64,000 bases of DNA from Gammaproteobacteria bacterium (GCA_024686215.1 JAIBDN010000005.1:4924-68923), one strand, 5' to 3'; positions 22,466 through 31,955 are shown, numbered from the stretch's first letter. Notes: generated from the letters alone by a model not told the origin. Numbers and translations are program-made.

Positions 22466-23476
22466 ATGCGGCTCTACCCCGAAAAGCTCTCGACTCACCT
22501 GCAACAGCAACTGCTGCCAGTCTATCTGGTGAGTGGCGACGAGCCACTGTTGCTGCAGGAATACAGTGACCAGATTCGGCGGAAAGCACGCGAGCAGGGC
22601 TGCAGCGAGCGGGAGGTAATCGATGCCGGGGTTTCCGGCTTCAACTGGCAGGATATCCTGCACAGCGCCACCAGCATGTCATTGTTTGCCGAGCGCAAAC
22701 TGGTAGAACTGCGACTGCCTAGTGGTAAGCCCGGCGCCGAGGGCAGCAAGGCCCTGTGTGAATACCTGGATATCGCCAGCGGTGAAGACGTGTTACTGAT
22801 CATCGCCGGCAAAATCGACAAGCAATCCACCAACAGTAAATGGTACAAGGCACTGGACAAAGCCGGGGCCACTGTACAGGTGTGGCCGGTAGACGCCAAG
22901 GAACTGCCGCGCTGGTTGCAACAACGGGTGCGCAACGCCGGCATGAGCATCGATAACGACGCCCTGCAATTACTCTGCGAGCGCGTGGAAGGTAACCTCC
23001 TGGCTGCAGTACAGGAGGTAGAAAAACTCAAACTGCTGGCAACGGATGCGCAAATCACCGCCGCAACCGTCACCGCTGCAGTCTCGGACAATGCCCGCTA
23101 CAACCTGTTTGGCATGACCGACTGCGCCCTGCAGGGTGATGCCACTGCCAGCCTGCGCATGTTGCACGGGCTGCGCGGTGAAGGCAGCGAGCCCCCCGTC
23201 ATCCTTTGGGCGCTGCTACGTGAAATTCGCACACTGGTCCAGGCGCAGCAGGCCTGCGATCAAGGGCAAAGTCCGCAGCAGGCACTGACTTCTCTGCGCG
23301 TGTGGAAAAACCGTATGGCACTTATGCAGGGCGCCCTGTCGCGTCACGACAAATTATCGCTGGAGAATTTGCTGGAGCAGGCGGCACAGACCGATGGCAG
23401 CATCAAGGGATTTGCTGACGGCAAGCCCTGGGATAACCTGGAAACCCTGGTCGTCGAGCTCTCTGGCATCCAGTAA
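22466..23476 (+). CDS. holA: DNA polymerase III delta subunit
   Basis: 336 aa. Begins LYPEKLSTHLQQQLLPVYLVSGDEPLL. The ATG directly abuts the lptE stop. Confidence 0.9.
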   Translation: MRLYPEKLSTHLQQQLLPVYLVSGDEPLLLQEYSDQIRRKAREQGCSEREVIDAGVSGFNWQDILHSATSMSLFAERKLVELRLPSGKPGAEGSKALCEYLDIASGEDVLLIIAGKIDKQSTNSKWYKALDKAGATVQVWPVDAKELPRWLQQRVRNAGMSIDNDALQLLCERVEGNLLAAVQEVEKLKLLATDAQITAATVTAAVSDNARYNLFGMTDCALQGDATASLRMLHGLRGEGSEPPVILWALLREIRTLVQAQQACDQGQSPQQALTSLRVWKNRMALMQGALSRHDKLSLENLLEQAAQTDGSIKGFADGKPWDNLETLVVELSGIQ

Positions 23477-23630
23477 AATTCTGCGCCTGAAACTCAGGAT
23501 TTTCGCAGGCAACCATACCCAATTTCTCCGCCACCCTTACCACAGAGTGTACCTGTCGCTTTTTCAAGCCGATGCATTTTTGCCAATTTATACCCGTCAT
23601 CAAGGGCTTGTATTATTCTCAACTCACGAC

Positions 23631-23650
23631 TACTGTATATATGAACAGTG
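23631..23650 (+). promoter_or_regulatory. LexA (SOS) box upstream of imuA
   Basis: TACTGTATATATGAACAGTG fits the gammaproteobacterial CTGT-N8-ACAG consensus. It lies 31 nt upstream of the imuA ATG. Confidence 0.85.
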
Positions 23651-23665
23651 TATATAAACACAGTA
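23646..23665 (-). promoter_or_regulatory. second, weaker overlapping LexA-like box
   Basis: The reverse strand reads TACTGTGTTTATATACACTG, which matches TACTGTATATATATACAGTA at 16/20 positions. The second half-site is ACAC rather than ACAG. Confidence 0.45.
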
Positions 23666-23680
23666 TTCGGAGGCAGCATC

Positions 23681-24412
23681 ATGAACGAAGCATTGCAGCA
23701 GGTTATCAATCGTAACGACACCTGGCGTGGCAACCAGGGTCGCTTTGCCAATCAATTCCTGTCCGCCAATAGCGCGCAGCACCGGGATGACGGCAAGCTG
23801 CCCACCGGTTACTGCTCACTGGACAACGAACTACAGCAAGGCGGCTGGCCCCTGGGTAATACCATTGAGCTACTCAGTGATGGCTGCGGCCTCGGGTCCA
23901 TGGGACTGTTCCTGCCCGCCATGGAGGCTCTCAGTGCGCAGGGGCGCTGGCAGGTGTTTATCGCGCCGCCCTACACCCCCTATGCCCCCCTGCTGTCAGC
24001 GCGGGGTATCGATACGCAGCAGGTCCTGCTGGTACATCCAAAGTCCCGGGAGGACCTGTTGTGGGCCACCGAGCAGGCACTGCGCAGCAGCACCTGCAGC
24101 GCGGTTTTCAGCTGGCTGGGCAGCCACAATTACAGCTACACCGAGCTGCGTAAACTGCAGTTGGCCGCCGCCAGCGGCGACAGCCTGGGAATATTGTTCC
24201 GCCCCAACCAGGCCGCCCACAACCACTCCCCGGCCAGCCTGCGATTGCAAATGCGCGAATACCGCAAGGTGCACATCCTCAAGCAGCGCGGGGGCAACCA
24301 GGACATCGATGTGGATCTACCCCCTTCAGAGGATGTGCCACAGCAACCGCAATTGTGGGAGCTGCCCGCCTGGAACAGTGATCTGGCGCAACAGAGCACA
24401 GCTCTGGCGTAG
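23681..24412 (+). CDS. imuA: translesion-synthesis-associated protein ImuA (SulA/RecA-like)
   Basis: Matches Pseudomonas ImuA in pattern (PTGY..LD..L.GGWP...IAPPYTPYAP...LWATEQALRS..C.AV..W...ELRKLQLAA...FRP...SPASLRL...ILKQRGG). A GGAGG RBS precedes ATG 23681. SOS box upstream. Confidence 0.8.
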   Translation: MNEALQQVINRNDTWRGNQGRFANQFLSANSAQHRDDGKLPTGYCSLDNELQQGGWPLGNTIELLSDGCGLGSMGLFLPAMEALSAQGRWQVFIAPPYTPYAPLLSARGIDTQQVLLVHPKSREDLLWATEQALRSSTCSAVFSWLGSHNYSYTELRKLQLAAASGDSLGILFRPNQAAHNHSPASLRLQMREYRKVHILKQRGGNQDIDVDLPPSEDVPQQPQLWELPAWNSDLAQQSTALA

Positions 24413-24529
24413 AACCTGCTGCAGCCCTGTGCACAACAGGGCTGCAAAGATCTATACTGCTCCCCTGGTGAACGTGACTGCGCCATCGCAGCATGTCAGC
24501 CTGACCACACGCAATACAGGGGAAAAGTC

Positions 24530-24967
24530 ATGCAGGATCTGCCACACCACTACCACGTCAACGCCAATGCCGAAGCCCAGGGCAACATCGTCCTGAAAAC
24601 AGATAACCTGCCACAATTGATCTCCGCTCCCCCGGCAGAATTCGGCGGGCCCGGCGATCAGTGGTCACCAGAGCACCTACTGGTGGCATCTGTGGCCGAC
24701 TGCTTCATCCTTACTTTCCGGGCCATCGCCAGAGCCTCGAAACTGGAATGGAGCAACCTGGAAAGCTCCGCTACCGGCGTACTGGATCGCGTCGATCGGG
24801 TGACCTGTTTTACCGGATTTACGGTAACGGCCACACTGACACTGCCTGCAGGCAGTGATAGCAGCAAAGCCCAACGCCTGCTGGAAAAAGCCGAGGGAGC
24901 CTGTCTGATCACCAATTCGCTGACAGCTGAAGTCCACCTGGAAACCGAAATCATTGTCGCGTCCTGA
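24530..24967 (+). CDS. OsmC/Ohr-family protein
   Basis: 145 aa. Contains the OsmC-like blocks SPEHLLVASVADCF and AEGACLITNSL. Confidence 0.8.
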   Translation: MQDLPHHYHVNANAEAQGNIVLKTDNLPQLISAPPAEFGGPGDQWSPEHLLVASVADCFILTFRAIARASKLEWSNLESSATGVLDRVDRVTCFTGFTVTATLTLPAGSDSSKAQRLLEKAEGACLITNSLTAEVHLETEIIVAS

Positions 24968-24982
24968 AACGGGAGCCACCCC

Positions 24983-25441
24983 ATGGATACAGACCTGACC
25001 GGCAGTTGCCAATGCGGTGCTGTCGCTTTCACGGTGGCGACAGCGCCGCTGCTCACCTATGCCTGCTTCTGCCACAGCTGCCAGAAACGCACCGGTAGTG
25101 CTTTCAGTATGGGCTTGATTATTCCCACAGAGGCCCTGCAGCTAAGCGGTGATCTCACCGCCTGGAGCCGCACGTCGGATGATGGCAACAGCAACACCCG
25201 CTACAGTTGTAGCGACTGCGGTAATATCATCTACGGTGTCGGCGAATCCAGTCCGGGCCTGGCCAAATTGCAGGCGGGCTTACTGGAGGACACGCGTAAC
25301 GTTGAGCCTGAAGTGTATATCTGGGCAACCAGCAAGCAATCCTGGGTGACCCTGCCAGCACACGCCCAACCCTTCGACACCCAACCGGACGATGCCATGG
25401 AAATGCTGGCGGCCGCCCAGACCTACCGCGAGGCACGCTAG
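24983..25441 (+). CDS. GFA (CENP-V/glutathione-dependent formaldehyde-activating) family protein
   Basis: 152 aa. The Cys pattern CQCG...CFCHSCQKRTGS...CSDCG is typical of the GFA zinc sites. Confidence 0.8.
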   Translation: MDTDLTGSCQCGAVAFTVATAPLLTYACFCHSCQKRTGSAFSMGLIIPTEALQLSGDLTAWSRTSDDGNSNTRYSCSDCGNIIYGVGESSPGLAKLQAGLLEDTRNVEPEVYIWATSKQSWVTLPAHAQPFDTQPDDAMEMLAAAQTYREAR

Positions 25442-25444
25442 TAC

Positions 25445-25651
25445 ATGGATGAGTGGCTCACTGAATACGGTGTCACCCTTGGCGTGGGCGCCCTTATCCT
25501 GTTTATGCTGTTTATCGTGTGGGATCTGGCCAAGCGCAGCAACGCCGGCAAATTCGGCACCATGATTCTCTATATAGGCCTGGCCATGGGCATCGCCGGC
25601 TTCTTGATGAAGTTCATCATCACCTACCTGCTGGAAAACGCGGGGGTGTAG
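25445..25651 (+). CDS. small two-TM membrane protein (DUF2788-like)
   Basis: 68 aa with two hydrophobic helices. It starts 3 nt after the GFA stop. Confidence 0.65.
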   Translation: MDEWLTEYGVTLGVGALILFMLFIVWDLAKRSNAGKFGTMILYIGLAMGIAGFLMKFIITYLLENAGV

Positions 25652-25736
25652 ATCAGTGAGCGAGGTTAAGGGCCGCTCCCGGTATTACTCGCTCCATTGA
25701 TTACCAGGCAATGATGCTGGCAACCCTATTTGCGGC

Positions 25737-26045
25737 TTATTTCTCTGCCACCATATCGGTGCGAATCTGATACTCGGTGATTTCCTGTTCGTACTGCCCG
25801 GATAGCGCAGACACCCTCGCTGCCAGGGCACGATGCTGCCGACTATTCATCACCTTACAATCCATATAGGCCTCTGCCTGCAGTATGTAGCTCTCCGCAG
25901 CGAGTTGCGCCTCATACATGTCCTCTTTGCTTGCGACTGCGCCGTCGGGCAGCACTGGGGCGTCGCCCGGCCTTTTCACAGGGCAGGCAGCAGAGGTATT
26001 CAACGCCGCTAACATCAGGGCGGTTGCGAGTACGGTCTTCATCAT
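25737..26045 (-). CDS. hypothetical exported protein
   Basis: 102 aa. Signal peptide MMKTVLATALMLAALNTSAA, a GGAGG RBS, and two Cys in the mature part. I recognise no family. Confidence 0.6.
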   Translation of the reverse strand: MMKTVLATALMLAALNTSAACPVKRPGDAPVLPDGAVASKEDMYEAQLAAESYILQAEAYMDCKVMNSRQHRALAARVSALSGQYEQEITEYQIRTDMVAEK

Positions 26046-26394
26046 AAGACCCTCCTTTTGTAACTATAAGTAACATTACTTATGTGTTGTTACCAACTAT
26101 CCACATTTAGCCCTGCACACGCAATGCATTTATTATGATTTATTGGCTAAAAATCCCCTTAAAATTACCTGTATTTATTGTGATCCAGTAGCTCATCACA
26201 CGCACCACTTTGTAACATTTAGTAACAAAAAACACCAAGCCTACCCTGAGGCCAGTGTATTCGCCGCAATAGTGACCAACGCACACCCTGCAATTCGAAT
26301 ATACGAGGGAGGAAGGTCGCTATTATCCGCCTGCCGCACAGCCCATGGATGTTCGGCAGTAGACAAGCCTCCCGGTATCCCTAATACTGTATAT

Positions 26395-26414
26395 ATGTAC
26401 AGTACAATCTATAT
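26395..26414 (+). promoter_or_regulatory. LexA (SOS) box upstream of imuB
   Basis: TACTGTATATATGTACAGTA is a perfect palindromic CTGT-N8-ACAG box. It lies ~43 nt upstream of the imuB start. Confidence 0.9.
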
Positions 26415-26456
26415 AATGGGGACATTGCCCCCGCCAAATAATGTCCCACACCCACG

Positions 26457-27893
26457 GTGGACCAGGTGAGCCTGTGGCTTTGCCTGCGCTTTGCGCAACT
26501 ACCCTTGCAATGCCTGAGCCACACCGAAGACCAGCCGGTGATAGTGCTGGCGGGGCAGCGCGTGGTATGCGCCAACGACTGCGCCGCGACTCTGGGCATA
26601 CAAGCGGACATGACCAGCGCCACGGTGCGGGCACTGGCCGGGACCGATCCGGTACAACTGCTGGAAAGAGACGAGACTGCCGAGCAACGCCGCCTGCAAC
26701 AGCTGTGTTGCTGGGCATACAGCATCACTCCCACACTGCATACCTGGCGCAAGGATTGCCTGCAACTGGAAATCGGCGGGTGCCTGAACCTGTTCCAGGG
26801 ACTCGGCGCCCTGCTGGCGGAAGTGCGCAGCGGCATAGGCAAGCGCGGCTATTGCGCGCAATATGGCCTGGCGCCGACGGCCAAAGCTGCATGGCTACTG
26901 TCTTTTGCTGATGACGATACTGCGGCCGCCATACAACACCCCCTGGAAGAGCGCCTCGCCCCCCTCCCCCTGCGCTTACTGGATGACTTCTCCCCCACGA
27001 TAGACTCCCTGCGCCGCGCCGGACTACACTCCCTGGGCGACATCCTGGCGCTGCCACCAGCGGCACTGGCGCGTCGCTGCGGCAAAGCATTCACCCATTT
27101 TCTGCAGCAGATGCTGGGACAGCTGGAAGACTTGCAGATACATTACCAACCGCCCACCACTTTCAGCGACGAATACTGGTTCGGTTACGAGGTGAAGGCG
27201 AATGCTGAATTGTTGCCAGCGGCGCAGTTGTTGCTGCAATCACTGTGCCGTTTCCTGCGCAACACCCAGCTACAGACCAGCGAGATAACCTGGCAACTGG
27301 TAGGTATTGATCACCGGGTACATGAGGTCGCCGTGCGCAGCACCAGCAGCCACAGCGACTGGAGAAACTGGCATCAGCTCACCCGCATTCGCTTTGAACA
27401 ACTGCAACTGACCAACAGCGTGGAAGGCCTGACCCTCACCAGCCGGCAACTGCATGCCGGCGAGCTGGACAGCATCGACCTGTTCAGCCCCGCCAGCCAA
27501 CGCGAACCTCTGGCCGCCCTGCTGGATCGCCTGGGCAGCCGCCTGGGGCTTCAGGCAATCGAGAAAATAGGCTACCGCGACGAGCACCTGCCGGAACTGG
27601 CACTGCATATCAGCAACGACAGCGCCGGGGAAGCGCACGGCAATGAACCAGACTGCGCCCAGCGCCCTTTCTGGCTAATGCCACAGCCCCAGCTCCTGCG
27701 ACAGCAACGCCAGCAGTTGTACTGGAAGCGCGCACTCAAACTGCTATATGGCCCGGAACGTATTGAAGATAACTGGTGGCAAGAGGCGATCAGCCGCGAC
27801 TATTACATCGCCACGGATGACCTGGGGCAACACTACTGGATATTTCGCGATCGACTGGCGCAGCAGTGGTATATCCACGGAGTGTTTGCCTGA
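26457..27893 (+). CDS. imuB: Y-family polymerase-like protein ImuB
   Basis: 478 aa. The LWLCLRF...LPLQ N-terminus is typical of ImuB, it has its own SOS box, and it partners with imuA/dnaE2. Start is GTG 26457 or GTG 26466. Confidence 0.85.
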   Translation: MDQVSLWLCLRFAQLPLQCLSHTEDQPVIVLAGQRVVCANDCAATLGIQADMTSATVRALAGTDPVQLLERDETAEQRRLQQLCCWAYSITPTLHTWRKDCLQLEIGGCLNLFQGLGALLAEVRSGIGKRGYCAQYGLAPTAKAAWLLSFADDDTAAAIQHPLEERLAPLPLRLLDDFSPTIDSLRRAGLHSLGDILALPPAALARRCGKAFTHFLQQMLGQLEDLQIHYQPPTTFSDEYWFGYEVKANAELLPAAQLLLQSLCRFLRNTQLQTSEITWQLVGIDHRVHEVAVRSTSSHSDWRNWHQLTRIRFEQLQLTNSVEGLTLTSRQLHAGELDSIDLFSPASQREPLAALLDRLGSRLGLQAIEKIGYRDEHLPELALHISNDSAGEAHGNEPDCAQRPFWLMPQPQLLRQQRQQLYWKRALKLLYGPERIEDNWWQEAISRDYYIATDDLGQHYWIFRDRLAQQWYIHGVFA

Positions 27894-27954
27894 ACCTGCG
27901 CATCATGGGAACACCCAGCAAGGGCCGCGGTTAAAATTTCACCGGGAATCGTAA

Positions 27955-28113
27955 CTAGCGGGTGATCAGCCACAGCGCATGCAAGATACCCGGCACATAG
28001 AAGAACAGGCATAGCACAATATTAATCAACAGGTCCTTGCCCGCGCCATTGTTCAAAAACACAGCAACCGGCGGTAACAGGATCGCGAGAATCATCAGTA
28101 TCGCTTTATTCAT
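27955..28113 (-). CDS. YqaE/Pmp3-family small membrane proteolipid
   Basis: MNKAILMILAILLPPVAVFLNNGAGKDLLINIVLCLFFYVPGILHALWLI. The 52-aa form starting at ATG 28113 matches the family size. Confidence 0.8.
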   Translation of the reverse strand: MNKAILMILAILLPPVAVFLNNGAGKDLLINIVLCLFFYVPGILHALWLITR

Positions 28114-28200
28114 AACACTATTCCCTATAGACAATAAAAATGGCAAACATCAGGGCTCTACCTATGCATAGGCCGGCGACAAATTTTTGTGTGTCGGCTT

Positions 28201-28677
28201 TCATGCTGACGGTTGCCCTATTTCTGCAAAGATACCACCCACCAACTGCACCAGATCATCAGGGGCCAGCTCAATTTCCAGGCCCCTGCGGCCCGCGCTG
28301 ACATAAACCGTTTGGTGGTTTCTGGCGGATGTATCAATCACCGTTTTCAGGCGTTTTTTCTGTCCCAGCGGACTGACGCCACCCAGAACGTAACCGGTTG
28401 AACGCTCCACATCGACCTGCGCAGCCATCACCACCTTCTTCGCACCGGCCGCCCTGGCCATGGCTTTGAGACTGAGCATGGCGCATACCGGCACCACCGC
28501 TACAGCCAGGAATGCATTATCCAGGCTCACCACCAGGGTCTTGAATACCCGCTGTGGAGATACTCCCAGCTTCTCAGCCGCTTCCAGCCCATAGGACTCA
28601 CTGGCAACTGCATGCGCATATTCATGTATTTGATACTCAAGCCTGGCCTGCCTGACGATATTCACTGCTGGTGTCAT
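28201..28677 (-). CDS. ybaK: Cys-tRNA(Pro)/Cys-tRNA(Cys) deacylase YbaK
   Basis: 158 aa. YbaK/EbsC-type blocks (FKTLVV; GYVLGGVSPLGQKK). Confidence 0.85.
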   Translation of the reverse strand: MTPAVNIVRQARLEYQIHEYAHAVASESYGLEAAEKLGVSPQRVFKTLVVSLDNAFLAVAVVPVCAMLSLKAMARAAGAKKVVMAAQVDVERSTGYVLGGVSPLGQKKRLKTVIDTSARNHQTVYVSAGRRGLEIELAPDDLVQLVGGIFAEIGQPSA

Positions 28678-28811
28678 GTCATCCTTATTTGCTGTCGGGC
28701 CGCGCTATGCATGAAATCATTCCCGGCTGCGATAGCCGCCCATTTAAGACAATACGCAGGGCTATAACAAGCCCGCAGGAACAACAGACTTGAAATAATT
28801 GAATTATCATA

Positions 28812-28831
28812 TACTGTATATATATACAGTA
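28812..28831 (+). promoter_or_regulatory. LexA (SOS) box upstream of dnaE2
   Basis: TACTGTATATATATACAGTA is identical to the E. coli-type consensus. It lies 26 nt upstream of the dnaE2 ATG. Confidence 0.9.
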
Positions 28832-28856
28832 TTGCTGAATATCCCCCAAACCATAT

Positions 28857-31800
28857 ATGCCCTACGCCGAACTTCACTGCCTCAGCTGCTACAGCTTCCT
28901 GCGCAGCGCTTCCCACCCACAGGAACTGGTGGAACGCGCCGCACAGCTGGGTTATAGCGCATTGGCCATCACTGACGAGTGCTCCCTGGCGGGGGTGGTA
29001 AAAGCCCATGTAGCGGCAAAAGCACTGGACATGCAGCTGATTATCGGCAGTGAACTGCAACTGGATGAAGGCATTCGCCTGCTGGCGCTGGCACCGTCAA
29101 GGGCCGCCTACAGTGAGTTGTCCGGGCTGATCAGCATGGCCCGGCGACGCAGCCCCAAAGGGCAATACCGGGCGGCACTGCGCGATGTCATGTTCCACCT
29201 CAAACGTTGCCTGCTGATCTGGCTGCCTGACGCTGATAACGAGACCAATCGTGCCTGGGGCCAGCAGTTACAACGCCTGTGCAAGCAGCGGGTATGGCTG
29301 GGTATCAGCCACCTGCTGGGTAACAATGAGGTGGCACGCTACCAGTCACTGTGCCAGCTGGCTGCAGTTACCGGCCTGCCTATGGTCGCCTGTGGCGATG
29401 TACAGATGCACTGTGCCACACGCAAACCCTTGCACGATGTATTCACCGCCCTGCGCCATAACACCAGTATCGAGCAACTGGGTCGGCGGCGACTGGGCAA
29501 CAGCCAGCAACACCTGCGCGACCTGCACAAGCTACAGCGCCTATATCCCGCCGCACTGCTACAAGAGACTTTGCACATCGCCGGTTTGTGCAATTTTACT
29601 CTGGACGAATTGCGCTACGAATATCCACAAGAGGTAGTGCCATCGACATACACAGCCAACAGCTACTTGCGAGAACTGGTCACCAGCGGCGCGGCCATGC
29701 GCTGGCCTGCGGGCGCGCCACCTGACATACAACAGCGTATTGAGCGGGAACTGCTACTGATACAGGAACTGGAATACGAGTATTACTTTCTCACCGTGTA
29801 CGACATCGTGCGCTTTGCCCGGGAGCGCGATATTCTGTGCCAGGGGCGGGGCTCGGCGGCCAACTCGGTGGTGTGCTATTGCCTGTTCATCACCGAGGTC
29901 TCACCCGAACAGATATCCCTGCTGTTCGAGCGCTTTATCTCCAGGGAACGGGACGAGCCTCCTGATATCGATGTGGACTTCGAACACGAGCGCCGTGAAG
30001 AAGTCATCCAGTACATCTATCGCAAGTACAGCCGCAAGCGCGCGGCGCTGGCCGCCACCATCATCACCTACCGTTCGCGCAGTGCCGTGCGCGATGTGGG
30101 CAAGGCACTGGGCCTGGATCCGGTATTCGTGAATGACCTGGCCAAATCACTGGCCTGGTGGGACCGCAGCGCAGACCTGGCTAAACGCTTTGAGGAACAG
30201 GGCGTCGCACAACACAGCCGTCAGGCCGAGTTATTCTACCGTCTGGTACAGGAAATTCTCGGCTTCCCCCGCCACCTGTCACAACATGTAGGTGGCTTCG
30301 TCATTACCCGCAGCCCCATCTCCACCCTGGTGCCCGTGGAGAACGCCAGCATGGCAGAGCGCACGGTGATCCAGTGGGACAAGGAAGACATAGAATCCCT
30401 GGGCCTGCTGAAAGTAGACATCCTGGCACTGGGCATGCTGTCCGCCATCCGCAAGAGCCTGCAACTGGTGCATCGCTACCAACCCGGCATCAAAACTATC
30501 GGTGATGTTCCCAGGGAGGATCAGCCTACCTACCGCATGTTGCAGGCCGCCGACACCGTCGGCGTATTCCAGATAGAGTCCCGGGCTCAGATGTCCATGC
30601 TGCCGCGACTTAAACCGGCATGCTTTTACGACCTGGTGATAGAAATCGCGATCGTGCGCCCTGGGCCAATACAGGGGGATATGGTGCATCCCTACCTGCG
30701 CCGCAAGCAGGGCCTGGAGCAGATTACCTACCCCAGTGAGGCCATCAAGTCAGTGCTGGAACGCACCCTGGGAGTACCGATTTTCCAGGAGCAGGTGATC
30801 CGACTGGCCATGGTGGCAGCGGGCTTCAGTGGTGGTGAAGCAGACCAGTTGCGCAGGGCCATTACCAACTGGGGCAGAAACAGCAAACTACTCACCTTCG
30901 AGAAGAAGCTCACCCGGGGCATGATCGAACGTGGCTACGACGAGGATTTTGCCCGACGCTTATTTGAACAGATCAAGGGCTTTGGCGGCTACGGCTTTCC
31001 CGAGTCCCACTCTGCCAGCTTTGCCCTGCTGGCCTATGTCTCAGCCTGGCTCAAGTGCCACCACCCGGCGGCTTTCTTCGCCGGCTTGCTCAACAGTCAA
31101 CCCATGGGGTTTTACAGCCCTTCACAGCTGGTGCAGGATGCGCGCCGCCACGGCGTCAGCGTATTGCCGGTGGATATCAACCAGAGTGACTGGGACCACC
31201 AACTGCTGGACAGCCGCCAGGGCTTGTCAGCGCAGCCGCCATTGCGACTGGGCCTGCGCCTGGTAAAAGGCCTGAGCAGGGAAGGGGCACAACGTATCGT
31301 GGAAGCGCGCAGGCAAGCGCCCTTTCGCCAGGTCAGTGAGTTACGCCAGAGAACCCGCCTGGATAAACGCGATATGGAGGCCCTGGCAGACGCCGATGCC
31401 TTGCGCTCATTAAGTGGTCACCGCCACCAGTCCCAGTGGCAGATTATGGCCCTGGAGCAAGCGCGGCCACTGCTGCAGGACGAACTGCAACAGCCGGCCA
31501 GTTATTTCGATGATGCCGTGCAGTTACCTGCACCACAGGTCGCAGAAGAAGTACTGTCAGATTACCGCGCCACTGGCCTCACCCTGCGCGCCCACCCCAT
31601 GAGCCTGTTGCGTGAACGTTACCCGTTCAATCGTTGCAAACGCCATACGGACCTGGAAGATATTGGCAACAACCGTTTCGTGCGCATCGCCGGACTGGTC
31701 ACCTGCCGGCAGCGCCCGGGCAGTGCCTCCGGTGTGTTATTTCTTACACTGGAAGACGAAACCGGCAGCAGTAATATCGTGGTATGGCAGCGCACTCAGC

Positions 31801-31955
31801 AACAATTTCGCCAGGCGCTGATGACAGCACAGTTGCTACTGATCAAGGGCACAGTTGAAACCAAGGACAATGTCATTCATGTAATCGCCGGCGCATTGCA
31901 CGATTACAGCAACGAGTTGCAAGCGCTACAGCTTAGCTCGCGCGACTTCCGCTGA
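28857..31955 (+). CDS. dnaE2: error-prone DNA polymerase III alpha-like subunit DnaE2 (ImuC)
   Basis: 1032 aa. PHP domain start MPYAELHCLSCYSFLRSAS, pol III alpha core, and a size typical of DnaE2 rather than DnaE1. Confidence 0.95.
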   Translation: MPYAELHCLSCYSFLRSASHPQELVERAAQLGYSALAITDECSLAGVVKAHVAAKALDMQLIIGSELQLDEGIRLLALAPSRAAYSELSGLISMARRRSPKGQYRAALRDVMFHLKRCLLIWLPDADNETNRAWGQQLQRLCKQRVWLGISHLLGNNEVARYQSLCQLAAVTGLPMVACGDVQMHCATRKPLHDVFTALRHNTSIEQLGRRRLGNSQQHLRDLHKLQRLYPAALLQETLHIAGLCNFTLDELRYEYPQEVVPSTYTANSYLRELVTSGAAMRWPAGAPPDIQQRIERELLLIQELEYEYYFLTVYDIVRFARERDILCQGRGSAANSVVCYCLFITEVSPEQISLLFERFISRERDEPPDIDVDFEHERREEVIQYIYRKYSRKRAALAATIITYRSRSAVRDVGKALGLDPVFVNDLAKSLAWWDRSADLAKRFEEQGVAQHSRQAELFYRLVQEILGFPRHLSQHVGGFVITRSPISTLVPVENASMAERTVIQWDKEDIESLGLLKVDILALGMLSAIRKSLQLVHRYQPGIKTIGDVPREDQPTYRMLQAADTVGVFQIESRAQMSMLPRLKPACFYDLVIEIAIVRPGPIQGDMVHPYLRRKQGLEQITYPSEAIKSVLERTLGVPIFQEQVIRLAMVAAGFSGGEADQLRRAITNWGRNSKLLTFEKKLTRGMIERGYDEDFARRLFEQIKGFGGYGFPESHSASFALLAYVSAWLKCHHPAAFFAGLLNSQPMGFYSPSQLVQDARRHGVSVLPVDINQSDWDHQLLDSRQGLSAQPPLRLGLRLVKGLSREGAQRIVEARRQAPFRQVSELRQRTRLDKRDMEALADADALRSLSGHRHQSQWQIMALEQARPLLQDELQQPASYFDDAVQLPAPQVAEEVLSDYRATGLTLRAHPMSLLRERYPFNRCKRHTDLEDIGNNRFVRIAGLVTCRQRPGSASGVLFLTLEDETGSSNIVVWQRTQQQFRQALMTAQLLLIKGTVETKDNVIHVIAGALHDYSNELQALQLSSRDFR

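Noticed and set aside
23727-24596. 289-aa plus-strand ORF overlapping imuA in another frame.
   Set aside because: It is Pro/Arg/Cys/Ala-rich with no recognisable domain. It is a typical alternative-frame shadow of a GC-rich gene, and imuA in the other frame has clear family similarity, an RBS and an SOS box.
26143-26469. 108-aa plus-strand ORF (TTG start) in the spacer upstream of imuB.
   Set aside because: It runs through the LexA box and into the imuB start. It has no RBS, and its AT-rich front half has atypical codon usage. It is more likely non-coding regulatory DNA.
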